Source: an uncultured Puniceicoccaceae bacterium | GTDB lineage: Bacteria; Verrucomicrobiota; Verrucomicrobiia; Opitutales; Oceanipulchritudinaceae | DNA length: 64,000 nucleotides | Assembly (NCBI GenBank): GCA_963933835.1 | Contig: CAWVVV010000001.1 | Coordinates: forward strand, 416,001 to 480,000 | Direction of reading: 5' to 3' | Shown here: one piece after another, positions 50,445 to 60,999 of the stretch | How positions within the stretch are numbered: position 1 is the first letter of the stretch | How the letters are laid out: each line of letters opens with the position of its first letter | Made by a program: the position numbers and the translations under genes | The notes under the pieces: generated by a model | What the model saw: the letters and a program-made list of their open reading frames with translations, nothing else | Databases searched by the model: none | What the model was told of the DNA's origin: nothing

Positions 50445-50528
50445 GTGCCATATATGGCGTATATATCGAGATTGACTTATCGTGCCTTATATGACGTCTT
50501 ACTGCCTTTCATACGATTTATACGTCAC
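50445..50528. promoter_or_regulatory. Three related 16-bp operator-like sites upstream of the HipB-like gene
   Basis: GTGCCATATATGGCGT (50445), GTGCCTTATATGACGT (50482), inverted ACGATTTATACGTCAC (50513). Confidence 0.55.
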
Positions 50529-50540
50529 AAAGGACGCTTA

Positions 50541-50888
50541 ATGATAATCGAGCCAAATACGCCCGTTGAAAATATTCTCATCGAATGGGGGCATCGTCTC
50601 GCTGCAAGGCGACTCGCTAAGAACCTAACCCAAAAGATCCTAGCTCGTGAGGCTGGCATCGGTTTGCGCACCTTGCAGCGTCTCGAGAGCGGGGCCGTCG
50701 CATCGCAGCTATCGAGCCTTGTGGCCGTTTGCAAAGCGCTCGGTCTCGACGGCGAGCTGGCGGCATTCATCCCAGAACGAGCGATTAACCCGATGGATCA
50801 GCTCCGCCTAGCAGGCAAAGAGCGCCAGCGGGCTTCCAACGTCGCCCAAGATTCTGCTCCTGACGAACCTTGGGCGTGGGGCGAGTAG
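50541..50888 (+). CDS. XRE-family HTH protein (HipB-like antitoxin)
   Basis: RLAKNLTQKILAREAGIGLRTLQRLESG; directly upstream of hipA. Confidence 0.85.
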   Translation: MIIEPNTPVENILIEWGHRLAARRLAKNLTQKILAREAGIGLRTLQRLESGAVASQLSSLVAVCKALGLDGELAAFIPERAINPMDQLRLAGKERQRASNVAQDSAPDEPWAWGE

Positions 50889-50891
50889 ACC

Positions 50892-52193
50892 ATGATTGCC
50901 GAAATTCGCCTCTGGAACCGCACGATCGGAGCCGCCTCGAGTATACCCGGCGATCCGATCACTAGCTTTCAATACGACCCCGACTTCATCAAAAGCGGAA
51001 TCGAAGTCTCACCGCTACACCTTCCACTCAGGGATGAGCCTTATCGTTTCCCGCAGCTCGCGCGTGAGACTTTTCATGGGCTTCCAGGGCTGCTCGCCGA
51101 CGCCCTGCCCGATCGCTTCGGAAATGCTGTCATCGATGCATGGCTAGCGAGCGAAGGTCACCCAACTGACAACTTCAATGCACTTGAGCGACTCTGCTAT
51201 ACGGGCAATCGCGGGATGGGTGCCCTTGAATTTCGGCCAATGCAAGGCCCCCAAGCTCGCCGCTCTAGCACGCTCGATATCGATACCCTCGTAAACCTCG
51301 CCACCGAGGTCCTCACAAACCGCAGTGAGCTCGCAGGTAATCTTGCAGAAACCGCCCGAACCAAAGCGCTCAACGACATTCTCCAAGTGGGGACCTCGGC
51401 GGGTGGAGCCCGTGCCAAAGCGGTCATCGCTTGGAATCTATCCACAAACGAAATGCGCTCAGGCCAGATTGAAAGAGGAAGTGGCTTCGAGTATTGGCTT
51501 CTCAAGTTCGACGGCATCGCCGCCACGGTCGAGCGCGGCCTCACCGATCTCCAAGGCTACGGAGCGATCGAATACGCCTACAACCTCATGGCCATAGCGG
51601 CAGGCATCACAATGAGTCCGTGCCGTCTCTTTGAAGAACGTGGCCGACGTCACTTCATGACACGTCGCTTTGACCGCACCGCCAGCGGCGAAAAACTCCA
51701 CATGCAAACCCTCGGAGGCCTCGCCCACTTCGACTACAATCAGGCTAATGCGCACAGCTACGAGCAGGTCTTCGCCGTGATGGAGCAGCTCGGCCTCACG
51801 GCCGCTGAAATCGAAGAACAATTCCGACGGATGCTCTTCAACATCGTCGCGCGCAATCAGGATGATCACGTCAAAAACATCGCCTTCCTCATGGATAAAG
51901 CGGGGCGCTGGGCGCTCTCCCCCGCCTACGACATCACCTACGCCTACAAACCCGGCAACCCATGGCTGAACAGCCACCAACTCAGTCTCAACGGCCAACG
52001 CAAGACCTTTACCCGTGCTGATATCCGCGCTATCGCCAAACGGACCCGCCTCCCACGAGGCCGCGCTGATACCCTCCTCGAAGAAGTCACGAGCGCCGTC
52101 CAACGGTGGCCCGAATTCGCATCCGAGGCCATTGTTCACAAACACCAGATCAGCGCCATCGGGCAAACTCACCGGCTCGAATTCGTTTCATAG
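50892..52193 (+). CDS. hipA: HipA-family serine/threonine kinase toxin
   Basis: LADALPDRFGN, GTSAGGARAK, WLLKFD, RRFDR, NQDDHVKN, LSPAYD. Confidence 0.92.
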   Translation: MIAEIRLWNRTIGAASSIPGDPITSFQYDPDFIKSGIEVSPLHLPLRDEPYRFPQLARETFHGLPGLLADALPDRFGNAVIDAWLASEGHPTDNFNALERLCYTGNRGMGALEFRPMQGPQARRSSTLDIDTLVNLATEVLTNRSELAGNLAETARTKALNDILQVGTSAGGARAKAVIAWNLSTNEMRSGQIERGSGFEYWLLKFDGIAATVERGLTDLQGYGAIEYAYNLMAIAAGITMSPCRLFEERGRRHFMTRRFDRTASGEKLHMQTLGGLAHFDYNQANAHSYEQVFAVMEQLGLTAAEIEEQFRRMLFNIVARNQDDHVKNIAFLMDKAGRWALSPAYDITYAYKPGNPWLNSHQLSLNGQRKTFTRADIRAIAKRTRLPRGRADTLLEEVTSAVQRWPEFASEAIVHKHQISAIGQTHRLEFVS

Positions 52194-52257
52194 CCATCGC
52201 TCTATAGGCTGGATGTTGAGAAATAACTCCCCTGAAATCATTCGCATCTCCTAGCTC

Positions 52258-53244
52258 ATGTTTCGACCTTTCCTAAGCAGTATCACCCTCATCGCCCTAG
52301 CCTGTCTCACGGCTTGCGTCCCCGAGGCTAAAGATACCGCGGAATCGACCCGACTCACCGTCATCCTAGACTATCTGCCTGGGCCCATCCACGCAGGCTT
52401 CTACGCCGCTGATGCGAGGGGAGACTACGCCGCCGCTGGACTCGACGTCGTCATCCAGACCCCATCCGCCACGACTGACACCCTTCGCCTCATGGCTGCA
52501 GGTCAAGCTGACCTTGGACTCGTGCCCCTTCTCGACTTTATCAATCTCCGCTCTGAGGGACGGGAGATGAAGCTGCTCATGGCTGTGGTGCAAACACCGC
52601 TCAATGCCATCATTACCTCGGCCGAATCTGGGATCAAAAACCCCCTCGATCTTGAAGGGCGTTCTATCGCGACGACTGGAATCTTAGGCGATGAAATCGT
52701 TCTTCAAGCCCTCCTCAAAGCTCATGGAGGTGACGCCACAAAAGTAGACACCATCAACCTCGGGTTTAACACTATTCAAGCCCTCGCCTCTAGCCGGGTG
52801 GATGCCGCCTTTGGTTTTTGGAACGCCGAGGGCGTGCAGTATCAAGAATCTCATGACGCTGTCGTTCTCCGAAGCTTTGAACAAGGCATCCCTGCCTACC
52901 CGGAGCTCGTTCTCTTTACTAGCGATGACCGCATCGCCGAGAAAGAAGACGCTATTCGCCGCTTTATAGAAATCACTCTCGCTAGCTACGAAAGCCTGCT
53001 CGCTGATCCCGAGGAAGCACTCATTTATTTCGCAGCATCCGTCGATGGCTATGAAATTGAAAGCGCCCGGCCCTACTACGACATCCTTCTGCCCGTCTTC
53101 CAATATCAAGCGGCCAGCTACGGACTGATCGACCGCCAAACTCTGATCGAAACAATGGACTGGCTGAGCGAGAGTGGCTTCCCGCAATACCAACTTCCCG
53201 TCGACACCCTCCTTGCTCCAGGCCTCACTGTCATTGCCCCATGA
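52258..53244 (+). CDS. NMT1/THI5-like ABC substrate-binding lipoprotein
   Basis: Lipobox LTA-C, LDYLPGPIHAGFYAA..G.Y.AAGLDV, GIKNPLDLEG. Confidence 0.85.
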   Translation: MFRPFLSSITLIALACLTACVPEAKDTAESTRLTVILDYLPGPIHAGFYAADARGDYAAAGLDVVIQTPSATTDTLRLMAAGQADLGLVPLLDFINLRSEGREMKLLMAVVQTPLNAIITSAESGIKNPLDLEGRSIATTGILGDEIVLQALLKAHGGDATKVDTINLGFNTIQALASSRVDAAFGFWNAEGVQYQESHDAVVLRSFEQGIPAYPELVLFTSDDRIAEKEDAIRRFIEITLASYESLLADPEEALIYFAASVDGYEIESARPYYDILLPVFQYQAASYGLIDRQTLIETMDWLSESGFPQYQLPVDTLLAPGLTVIAP

Positions 53245-54029
53245 CGACCGCTACGAACGCTTTTGAGCTCATCGGGCTCAGCCACGCCTACCAAGACGAT
53301 GGGCAGGAGACTCCGGTCCTAAACGACATCAATCTCCGTGTCGTGCAAGGTGAGTTTGTCTCGCTCATTGGTCCGAGCGGTTGTGGGAAATCAACCCTCC
53401 TCAAAATCGCTTGTGGTCTCCTACCGCCAAGCGAAGGCAAACTCACTCTCAACGATAGCCCTGCTGCGCCTCTCGGCACGATAGGCTACATGCCTCAGAA
53501 CGATCTACTCATCCCTTCGCGCACCATCCTCGACAACACAATCGTCGGATTAGAGATCGCTGGGATTGCAAAACGTGACGCTCGTAAAAAGGCCCACGAG
53601 CATTTCTCAGCTTTTGGACTCGAAGGTTTCGAAGACCGCTACCCCGACCAGCTCTCTGGCGGCATGCGCCAGCGCGCCGCCCTCCTCCGCACCTTCCTCG
53701 TCGAGCGCAGCTTCTATGTCCTCGATGAACCGTTCGGGAGTCTCGATGCCCTCACACGGCTATCGATGAACCGTTGGCTTACGGACATATGGAAACACTC
53801 TGGAGCCGGGATTCTTTTCACCACGCACGAGCTCGACGAAGCCCTCTTCCTCTCTGATCGCATTTATGTCATGGGGCCTAGGCCTGGGCGAATCATAGCT
53901 GAAATTCCGGTCACAGCCACCCGACCCCGCGACCACGCAAAGATGGCGCGCGACCCAAAGATCACGGAACAAAAAGCGCAGCTGCTAGAGCTCCTCGCAC
54001 CCGCAAAAGCGGAAGGCGGTGCTCAGTGA
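53241..54029 (+). CDS. ABC ATPase (NitT/TauT type)
   Basis: GPSGCGKS, LSGGMRQR, LDEPFGSLD. Confidence 0.92.
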   Translation: MTTATNAFELIGLSHAYQDDGQETPVLNDINLRVVQGEFVSLIGPSGCGKSTLLKIACGLLPPSEGKLTLNDSPAAPLGTIGYMPQNDLLIPSRTILDNTIVGLEIAGIAKRDARKKAHEHFSAFGLEGFEDRYPDQLSGGMRQRAALLRTFLVERSFYVLDEPFGSLDALTRLSMNRWLTDIWKHSGAGILFTTHELDEALFLSDRIYVMGPRPGRIIAEIPVTATRPRDHAKMARDPKITEQKAQLLELLAPAKAEGGAQ

Positions 54030-54796
54030 GTAAGCTTTCCACAAGCGCTCCAGCCATCCTCTTCGGCCTTGGACTTTTTGGCCTTTGGGAAGCCTACGTT
54101 CGCTTCGCTGAAATTGATCCACTTCTGCTCCCTGCTCCTTCGGCTGTATTAGAATTCATCCTCGTCCACTTCCGCCTCCTTGCACCTCACACTCTTGCGA
54201 CAGCCCTGATTATTATCCTCGGGGTCCTACTAGGCGCAAGCGGTGGGCTCGGCATTGGCATCGTCCTTCACCGCAGCGAATGGATACGACGCGCGAGCTA
54301 TCCCTGGCTCGTTGCCTCCCAGATGATACCCATTCCAGCGATCGCGCCCGTTCTTCTCCTCTGGATGGGTTTCACCATCTGGCCAAAACTACTCGTCGTT
54401 GCTCTAATCAGTTTCTTCCCCGTTGCCGTCAATACGATCGATGGTCTTCGCCGAGTGGAACAGGGAGCGTTGGATCTCCTTCGCACTTTTAAGGCCAGCC
54501 CTGCCCAACAGCTTAGAATCGTGAGCCTGCCGGCCGCGTTACCTTCGATCTTCTCTGGACTCCGTATCGCAATGGCCCTTGCCGTCGTCGCCGCTATCTT
54601 TGGCGAGTGGGTCGGCACCCGCATGGGACTGGGTAAACTGATGCTCGTTTACAACAATCAAGCACGCACAGACGGCCTCTTCGCTACCATTGCACTGCTT
54701 GCCATCGTCGGCATCACTCTCTTTCTCTGCCTCGGGTGGATCGAGCGGAAACTCATGCCTTGGATCAACCCGCGATCAGCTGCCAAACGCCTTTGA
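54026..54796 (+). CDS. ABC permease (NitT/TauT type)
   Basis: LLPAPS, QMIPIPAIAP, LPAALPSIFSGLR, GEWVG. Confidence 0.9.
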   Translation: MSKLSTSAPAILFGLGLFGLWEAYVRFAEIDPLLLPAPSAVLEFILVHFRLLAPHTLATALIIILGVLLGASGGLGIGIVLHRSEWIRRASYPWLVASQMIPIPAIAPVLLLWMGFTIWPKLLVVALISFFPVAVNTIDGLRRVEQGALDLLRTFKASPAQQLRIVSLPAALPSIFSGLRIAMALAVVAAIFGEWVGTRMGLGKLMLVYNNQARTDGLFATIALLAIVGITLFLCLGWIERKLMPWINPRSAAKRL

Positions 54797-56021
54797 CTCC
54801 CATCGCGGACGTGATCACCGCGAAGACAAAGATGGCTGAAAGGATTAGGTTCATCCCTACGCCATTCTTGTGCTCCCCCATCAAATCTCGGCGGTTCGTC
54901 AGATAAAGAATACACCCAACCGTCGCTGGTAGAATTAATGCTCCAAACGCCTGCGACACAATCATGACGAAGACCGGGCGGGCATCAAATAGCGGAACAA
55001 CGAGCCCCAACAATGAGATGAAAAAGACGATTACACGATAGCGCGTCATCGTCATATCGCGCTCGGAATTATTGTAGTCACAGAGCAACCACGGCAAAAG
55101 TAGCACATTCGGAAACTGTGATGAAACACCCGCCGCTATAATCCCGATGACAAAAATCGACGTCGCTAGGCTGCCGGCTAAAGGCTCCAATAATTCGACC
55201 ATTTGCGAAGCCCTTGAAAGGCCTAAACCCTCTGCGTAGAGCGTGCCCGCCGCAGCCGCCATGATCGAACCGCTGATAACAAACATCAATATAACGGAGA
55301 CCAAGGCATCATTGCGCTGAACTTTAGCATCCTTGATCGTCCACCCAGCCTCCTTCACCAGCGTCGAACGAATAATAAAAAGGCTCGATGAAACGGTGGT
55401 GCCTACCATCGACGCAATGATCAGAAACGGACCTTTGCCCGCATCGGCAGGAACCTCTGGGAGGCTCGGGATCAACCCCTTCGCGATCTCGACGGGGGGT
55501 GGCATCATGATGAAAGAATTGATCAGAAAGCACGAGGCCATGACCGCAACAAGCACCGCCAGCGCGCGTTCGAAAAACTGAGTCCGACCGCCCCAAAAGA
55601 TGAAGTAGACTAAAGAGATAAAGAAGATCGCGAAGGAAATCGGGGGAATGCCGCCATCAATGAACGCCTTCGACCACTCATAAGACATATCCGCTACGAT
55701 CCCCATGACCCCCATCACGCCGCCACTAACTCCAGCCGTCATAGCGATGATGAAGAAGATCCCGACGGCTGGGTGGATGTGCTTTCGGAAGGCCTGTAGA
55801 GCAGTTTCTCCGGTCACCAAGGTGTAGCGACCGTAGATCAAGATCATAAAATAAGTCGCCAGACACGACGCCACAATCGTCCAAAGCAGCGACATCCCGT
55901 AGGTTGCACCGGCCTTTGCCATCGCGGTGACAGAGCCCGTCCCGATGTTAAAACCGAGAAGAAAAATTCCGGGAAGAAAGAGTGCGAGCGTCTTGGAGAA
56001 TCTAGATTGAAGGAGAGTCAT
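54765..56021 (-). CDS. NRAMP-like divalent cation transporter family protein
   Basis: PG..NIGTGSVT..AGATYG..LLW, ASMVGTT, MGEHKN; multi-TM. Confidence 0.8.
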   Translation of the reverse strand: MTLLQSRFSKTLALFLPGIFLLGFNIGTGSVTAMAKAGATYGMSLLWTIVASCLATYFMILIYGRYTLVTGETALQAFRKHIHPAVGIFFIIAMTAGVSGGVMGVMGIVADMSYEWSKAFIDGGIPPISFAIFFISLVYFIFWGGRTQFFERALAVLVAVMASCFLINSFIMMPPPVEIAKGLIPSLPEVPADAGKGPFLIIASMVGTTVSSSLFIIRSTLVKEAGWTIKDAKVQRNDALVSVILMFVISGSIMAAAAGTLYAEGLGLSRASQMVELLEPLAGSLATSIFVIGIIAAGVSSQFPNVLLLPWLLCDYNNSERDMTMTRYRVIVFFISLLGLVVPLFDARPVFVMIVSQAFGALILPATVGCILYLTNRRDLMGEHKNGVGMNLILSAIFVFAVITSAMGVKGVWQLIAG

Positions 56022-56181
56022 AGGGGGAATTCAAAGGAGCGGAGCAAGTATTAGGGGTAGTATAATACTTCATAAAAGCGCATTCAGATCGAAATACCTC
56101 CCTCGCGTCAAACGTATGAAATATGTCCACAGACGGTAAATTCACAATACAATGACCTCACCACTGCACTATTTTCCCTCT

Positions 56182-57135
56182 TCAAAGAAATCCCACTAAG
56201 GCATTGAGCAAATATCCCGTCACTACGATTGATAGTGTAGTGATTCCAAAATACATCGCGATCAAAGGTAGGCGCATCGTGCGGCGAAGCATGATGGCTT
56301 CGGGTAAGCTCAGCGCTGCCATTGCCATCATAAAGGCTAGTGCGGTCCCCAATGGAATACCTTTTTCAAATAGCACCACTGCGACAGGGACAATTGCCGC
56401 GCAGCTCCCGTACATCGGCACTCCTAAGACCGTAGCAATTGGGACCGAAAAAATACCCGTCGCATCCATCACACGGTGAATCGTCTCTTGTGGGACGTAG
56501 TTGTGAATGAATGCGCCAACCCCAACGCCGACGAATACCCATAGCCAAATCTGTTTCAGAACACTCACCGCTTCATTCCATCCGTAACGTATCCGATCAC
56601 TCCACTTTAAGACTTTAGGCAGCATGGCAGCAGTCGAGACGTCCGTGATGTCGGTCTCAAGATGCCTCTCAAGCTTCATCCGCCCGAGCACTGCGCCCGC
56701 AAGCGTCCCAATTATCAGACCACTCAAGACATACGCCACGGTGATTGATACGCCAAACTCACCCGCCATCAGGATCACCAAGTATTCATTGATAATTGGT
56801 GATGTAATGAGAAATGAGAACGTCACACCAAGCGGTACTCCCGCCTTCAGTAGACTGATAAAAATCGGTATCGATGAGCAGGAGCAAAACGGCGTAATCG
56901 CCCCAAAAAGGGCCGCGACGACATTACCCCAGAGACCACCGCGCCCCATCCACCGCTTCAGTCTCGCCTCCGGTAGCCACGTGCGCAGGACTCCGATAAC
57001 GAAGATCATCACTGCAAGCAATAGGAAGATCTTAACCGTATCGTAGAGAAAGAAATGGATCGAGCCGCCTAGGCGCGTCGCTGGATCGAACCCGCCAAGG
57101 TCGTAGACCAAAAGATCGACGAGTTTTAGCAACAC
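56182..57135 (-). CDS. ArsP/DUF318 family permease
   Basis: [27 protein letters not shown]. Confidence 0.88.
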   Translation of the reverse strand: MLLKLVDLLVYDLGGFDPATRLGGSIHFFLYDTVKIFLLLAVMIFVIGVLRTWLPEARLKRWMGRGGLWGNVVAALFGAITPFCSCSSIPIFISLLKAGVPLGVTFSFLITSPIINEYLVILMAGEFGVSITVAYVLSGLIIGTLAGAVLGRMKLERHLETDITDVSTAAMLPKVLKWSDRIRYGWNEAVSVLKQIWLWVFVGVGVGAFIHNYVPQETIHRVMDATGIFSVPIATVLGVPMYGSCAAIVPVAVVLFEKGIPLGTALAFMMAMAALSLPEAIMLRRTMRLPLIAMYFGITTLSIVVTGYLLNALVGFL

Positions 57136-57335
57136 TTGTCGCCCTTGGAATCATCGCCGCCACAGCAGTCGCCTACGTTGGCTTTTCCCTCGGCCTTCGC
57201 TTTCATCTTCTCGTCGATCGAAGAAAAGATCCGCTTGAAGAAGCCGGGGGGTTGAGCAGAAGGCTCTGTTCCACAGCAGCTAGAGTCTTCCACTTCACAA
57301 CATAATGGTGTCTCTTTAGTTTTCTTTTCTGACAT
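57126..57335 (-). CDS. Small Cys-rich protein (four CC pairs)
   Basis: 69 aa with GAGG RBS, between arsR and the permease; CC..CC...CC..CC. Confidence 0.7.
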   Translation of the reverse strand: MSEKKTKETPLCCEVEDSSCCGTEPSAQPPGFFKRIFSSIDEKMKAKAEGKANVGDCCGGDDSKGDKCC

Positions 57336-57445
57336 AATTTCCTCCTGATAAAAAAGTTAGACTTCAGCCTTCAGCCATATGACTGCGGCTAGATTACCCA
57401 TGCACAAAATTAGTATCTTTGGTTTGCTGATATCAAAAGTAGTCG

Positions 57446-57808
57446 TTAACAAATACATGGCGCGCAAGCCACCGACTCTTCAGAAAGCCTAGCAACAATC
57501 GCAGAACGCTTCTTTAGATCCGTCCCAAAAGAGAGGTGTTCGCTCGAACATTCCTGAAGGCATTTCAGGTTTTCGACGAGCAGAGGGTTTTCTGCATCTT
57601 TTAGTCGATAGACCATCCATTGCGCCTGCCGCTCGCCTTCGACCATACCTAGCTCCTTCATGTAGCGCAGCTGTTTAGAGATCTTCACTTGTTCAGCTTC
57701 GAGAATCTCAATCAAGTGGCAGACGCAAAGTGGACCCTCCTTCAGGAGGTTTAAGATGCGAAGCCGCTGGATATCGCAAAGACACTTATAAACGCTAATG
57801 CATTCCAT
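57446..57808 (-). CDS. arsR: ArsR/SmtB family regulator
   Basis: RLRILNLL..LCVCHL..SKQL..WMVY. Confidence 0.85.
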   Translation of the reverse strand: MECISVYKCLCDIQRLRILNLLKEGPLCVCHLIEILEAEQVKISKQLRYMKELGMVEGERQAQWMVYRLKDAENPLLVENLKCLQECSSEHLSFGTDLKKRSAIVARLSEESVACAPCIC

Positions 57809-57902
57809 GCCCTACATATTCCACTAATTGCATATGCTTGCAAGTGCATTTTGACTTTCTACGTTCGACGAACCGTCATTCATGACCAAAGCTACCTGGA
57901 CC

Positions 57903-58535
57903 ATGTATACCGGAATCGTCACCGCCACCTTTCCTATTGCTAGTCTAGAGCGCCGAGACAACTCGGCCACTTTTGGCTTCGATTTTGATCCCGAGCACCT
58001 CGGTGATCTCAAAATTGGAGCGAGTGTCAGTCTCGACGGCGCCTGCATGACAGTCGTTTCCATTCAAGATGCACGCGTAACCTTCGATGCCTCAATCGAG
58101 ACCCTGCGTCTAACAACACTCGGCGAGAAGACGGTTGGCGACCGGATGAACATCGAGCGTTCGGCCAAGAGCGGAGCCGAAGTGGGCGGCCATGGCATTA
58201 GCGGTCATATCGACGGCATGCTCAACCTTACCGGTGTAGATCGAACGAGCGAGAACTGCGTGCTCAGCCTCAAGGTTCCTGATGCCTTTCGGCGCTATGT
58301 CTTTAATAAAGGATACATTGGAATGAACGGGTGCAGTTTAACCGTGAGCGATCTGAACCGAGCGACTGGCGAGTTCAAAGTATTCCTCATCCCTGAGACA
58401 CTTCGCCAAACCACCTTCGATGCGACCGCTGTCGGTGATCAGATCAATTTCGAAATCGACCGGCAGACTCAGATCATGGTCGATACGATCCATGATGCTG
58501 TCCATCTCGCCCTGAGCGAAACAAAGGGCAGTTGA
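57903..58535 (+). CDS. ribE: Riboflavin synthase (alpha chain)
   Basis: MYTGIV start, GASVSLDGACMTV, GGHGISGHID, NGCSLTV, LIPET. Confidence 0.93.
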   Translation: MYTGIVTATFPIASLERRDNSATFGFDFDPEHLGDLKIGASVSLDGACMTVVSIQDARVTFDASIETLRLTTLGEKTVGDRMNIERSAKSGAEVGGHGISGHIDGMLNLTGVDRTSENCVLSLKVPDAFRRYVFNKGYIGMNGCSLTVSDLNRATGEFKVFLIPETLRQTTFDATAVGDQINFEIDRQTQIMVDTIHDAVHLALSETKGS

Positions 58536-58538
58536 GGC

Positions 58539-58931
58539 CTACTTCTCGTCAGGCTCTGACGGCTTGTATGCAAAAGACGCCTCACAATCCAGGCAGTCCA
58601 CTTCGCGATTCTTCGTCGGGATGAATGCACCGAAGAGAAAGTAGCCGATCAATGCTGGCAGACCCAGCTCACGCATCCGCACATCATTCGAACCACAGTG
58701 TGGGCATTTTAAGATCCCCACCTGATCCCGCGCCACCTCCAGCAACTCACGCGCCAGCGCTACATCCTCCTCAGCCACCTCTACTTTTACGCCGCCAATC
58801 GCATTCGAATAAATCCAGTTTACTGAAACCGTCTCCGCATCCCGCACCTCCACCGCGATCCCATTGCCCTCCAGCATCGACGCCGCTAAATAGGCATCTT
58901 CCGATTTCGAGTAAGAAGCGATCGTCACCAT
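58539..58931 (-). CDS. DUF2007 family protein with zinc ribbons
   Basis: AYLAASMLEGNGI..NAIGGVKVEV..CPHCGS..CLDC. Confidence 0.8.
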   Translation of the reverse strand: MVTIASYSKSEDAYLAASMLEGNGIAVEVRDAETVSVNWIYSNAIGGVKVEVAEEDVALARELLEVARDQVGILKCPHCGSNDVRMRELGLPALIGYFLFGAFIPTKNREVDCLDCEASFAYKPSEPDEK

Positions 58932-59166
58932 AATTTTAATAATCATGCTCCAAAAACACCCACAGAGCAAGCCAACCCATGAAAGATCCGCATCGCCGCG
59001 ACCTTAAAACCCGGACGAGTGCCCCGCAGTTGGTCGGAAGCTACGTAAAGCGTTGGCAAGAGATAGAGTTGGACGCAGCGCGGTGAGGAATTTAAATATA
59101 GAAACCTACGGAATGACCCCTTTTGAACCCTAGTATCAAACCGATTTCCATCGACCATTCGCTCCA

Positions 59167-60107
59167 ATGTGAAAATCTTACTCCAAGACGTTATCAGATT
59201 TCAATGCTGCCCGAGAATTACTGAAGAAAAGCTCAATACGTGAGCTAGGGCTTACTACGAAAGACGAACAAATCTGGGGTGAGTATTACTGCTCTGAGTT
59301 CTATAGGAACGAAGGCGCTATAGTGGAATTGGGCCCCTGGCTAGGCTCATTGACTAAAGCGATGCAAAGAGGCTTAGTTAAAAACGAGAGATATAAAATA
59401 AACCCGAACCAAATCCATTCCTATGATCGATTCGAATGGTTAGACTGGTGCGAGAACAACGTTCGAGGGACAGAACATGCGGGGAAGTATCAGAATGGCT
59501 CATGCTACAAAGACGTTTTTCTCGACGTTGTGCGTCACTCTGCCGTTCCAGTAGAAGCTCATAAGGTAAATTTAGAAAAAGACTTCTGGCTCCCTGAAGA
59601 GATCGAATTTGTTCTCAATGATGCGGTGAAGGTCTGGAGTACGGCTAAGACTCTCGTGAATGAAATCATTCCGAAAATGATCCCAGTGCCTACTTAGCTC
59701 ATCAAGACTTTCAATGGTCAACAGAAGCCTTTCTCGTCCCTGTCATGTATTTGCTTCGCGACTACTTCATACCCATGTATGCGATTCCAGAGTCATGCAT
59801 GGCCATTTTTCAGCTATCTAAAAAACTGGAGAATCCATCCTCGATCGGACTTCCGAATCAAATACATGGTTTGTCCGCTGAATTGATTAATGAATCATTT
59901 ATGTGGATGCAGCAAAGCATAGAGGGCCAAGATCCAACCATATCGCATTTAGGACACGCCGTTACTCTTTGGAAAGCAGGACACCTCGACGAAGGTAAAG
60001 CTCTTATCAAAAAGTATCAGCTGGCAACAAATGCATCAAACCCAAGGCTTAAATTCCAAAGAAAAGCCATAGCTGGGGGAAGTATTAAAGCATTACTGGA
60101 GGACTAG
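59167..60107 (+). pseudogene. Disrupted class I SAM-dependent methyltransferase-like gene
   Basis: EGAIVELGPWLGS motif I; one-base shift near 59685 links MIP to AYLAHQDF..MYLLRDYF; in-frame ATG-TGA at the 5' end; visibly AT-richer than the flanks. Confidence 0.6.
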
Positions 60108-60126
60108 ATATCTCCCTATAATGCTG

Positions 60127-60999
60127 CTATCGCATTGCGAAACCAGTCATCGCATCGAGCAGGCCCCCGGGGAGGCCAAAGCCAAAGCGCTCTTCATTTT
60201 TGAGTTCAAGCGCGCGATAGCCTTCTAACTTCATGAGGCGATTCTGGGCTTCGGTAAGCTGCAGTTCTCCTTCTCTAATTTCATCGGTCATCACCTGCAA
60301 AACATCAAAGAGCCTCGGGGTAAAGACATGTAGTCCGAACCAGCCGAGCCAAGTGTCCTTGGGTAGTCCTTCGATATGAAGCTCGGAACGCGCGACTTCG
60401 GGCGAAGGTTTTTCGATCATGCGCTTCACCTCAATCAAGCCACTTTCACTGAGCCGTTCTCCTCCGATCGTTCCGTAGCCATGGAGCTGTTCGGCGCTGA
60501 CTTGGGTTACGGCGGAGAGTGACTTCTCGGGCGTCAATTCAAAGGCTGTCGTGACTTTTTCATGACAGCCTTTCCGATAAAGGATATCTCCGGTGCAAAG
60601 CAGAAAAGGCTCATCCCCGATAAAAGCCTTAGCACACAAGACGGCATCTGCAAATCCGTTGGGTATGGATTGTTCAATAAACTCTAGGCAACTCAGAATA
60701 CGAGCCATCTCATTGAGCTCTTTGGCATGCTCTGGACGCTGGGTGTAAAGCTCACGCCGATCTACCGAGGGGCCTGAGAAGTAGCGTCGAATCGCCTCTT
60801 CGCCGCCTGGGTCAACGACCAGGCCAATCTGTTCGATGCCTGCGGATAGAAGCTCACGCAGCTGAAAATGTAGCATAGGGCGCGCGACTCCATCCGGCCC
60901 AACGACGGGGAAGAGCTCCTTTCGGCAGGCCAAAGTCGCAGGGAAAAGGCGCGTTCCGAGCCCCGCCATGGGAACGAGTGCTTTCTTGATCAGGCTCAT
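60127..60999 (-). CDS. Sugar-phosphate nucleotidyltransferase (GalU-like)
   Basis: [44 protein letters not shown]. Confidence 0.85.
   Translation of the reverse strand: MSLIKKALVPMAGLGTRLFPATLACRKELFPVVGPDGVARPMLHFQLRELLSAGIEQIGLVVDPGGEEAIRRYFSGPSVDRRELYTQRPEHAKELNEMARILSCLEFIEQSIPNGFADAVLCAKAFIGDEPFLLCTGDILYRKGCHEKVTTAFELTPEKSLSAVTQVSAEQLHGYGTIGGERLSESGLIEVKRMIEKPSPEVARSELHIEGLPKDTWLGWFGLHVFTPRLFDVLQVMTDEIREGELQLTEAQNRLMKLEGYRALELKNEERFGFGLPGGLLDAMTGFAMR

Noticed and set aside
52200..52257. TGAGAAATA..CCTGA as a TPP riboswitch
   Set aside because: Lacks the P1/P2 pairing and the P4-P5 GCGTAGG half; too short
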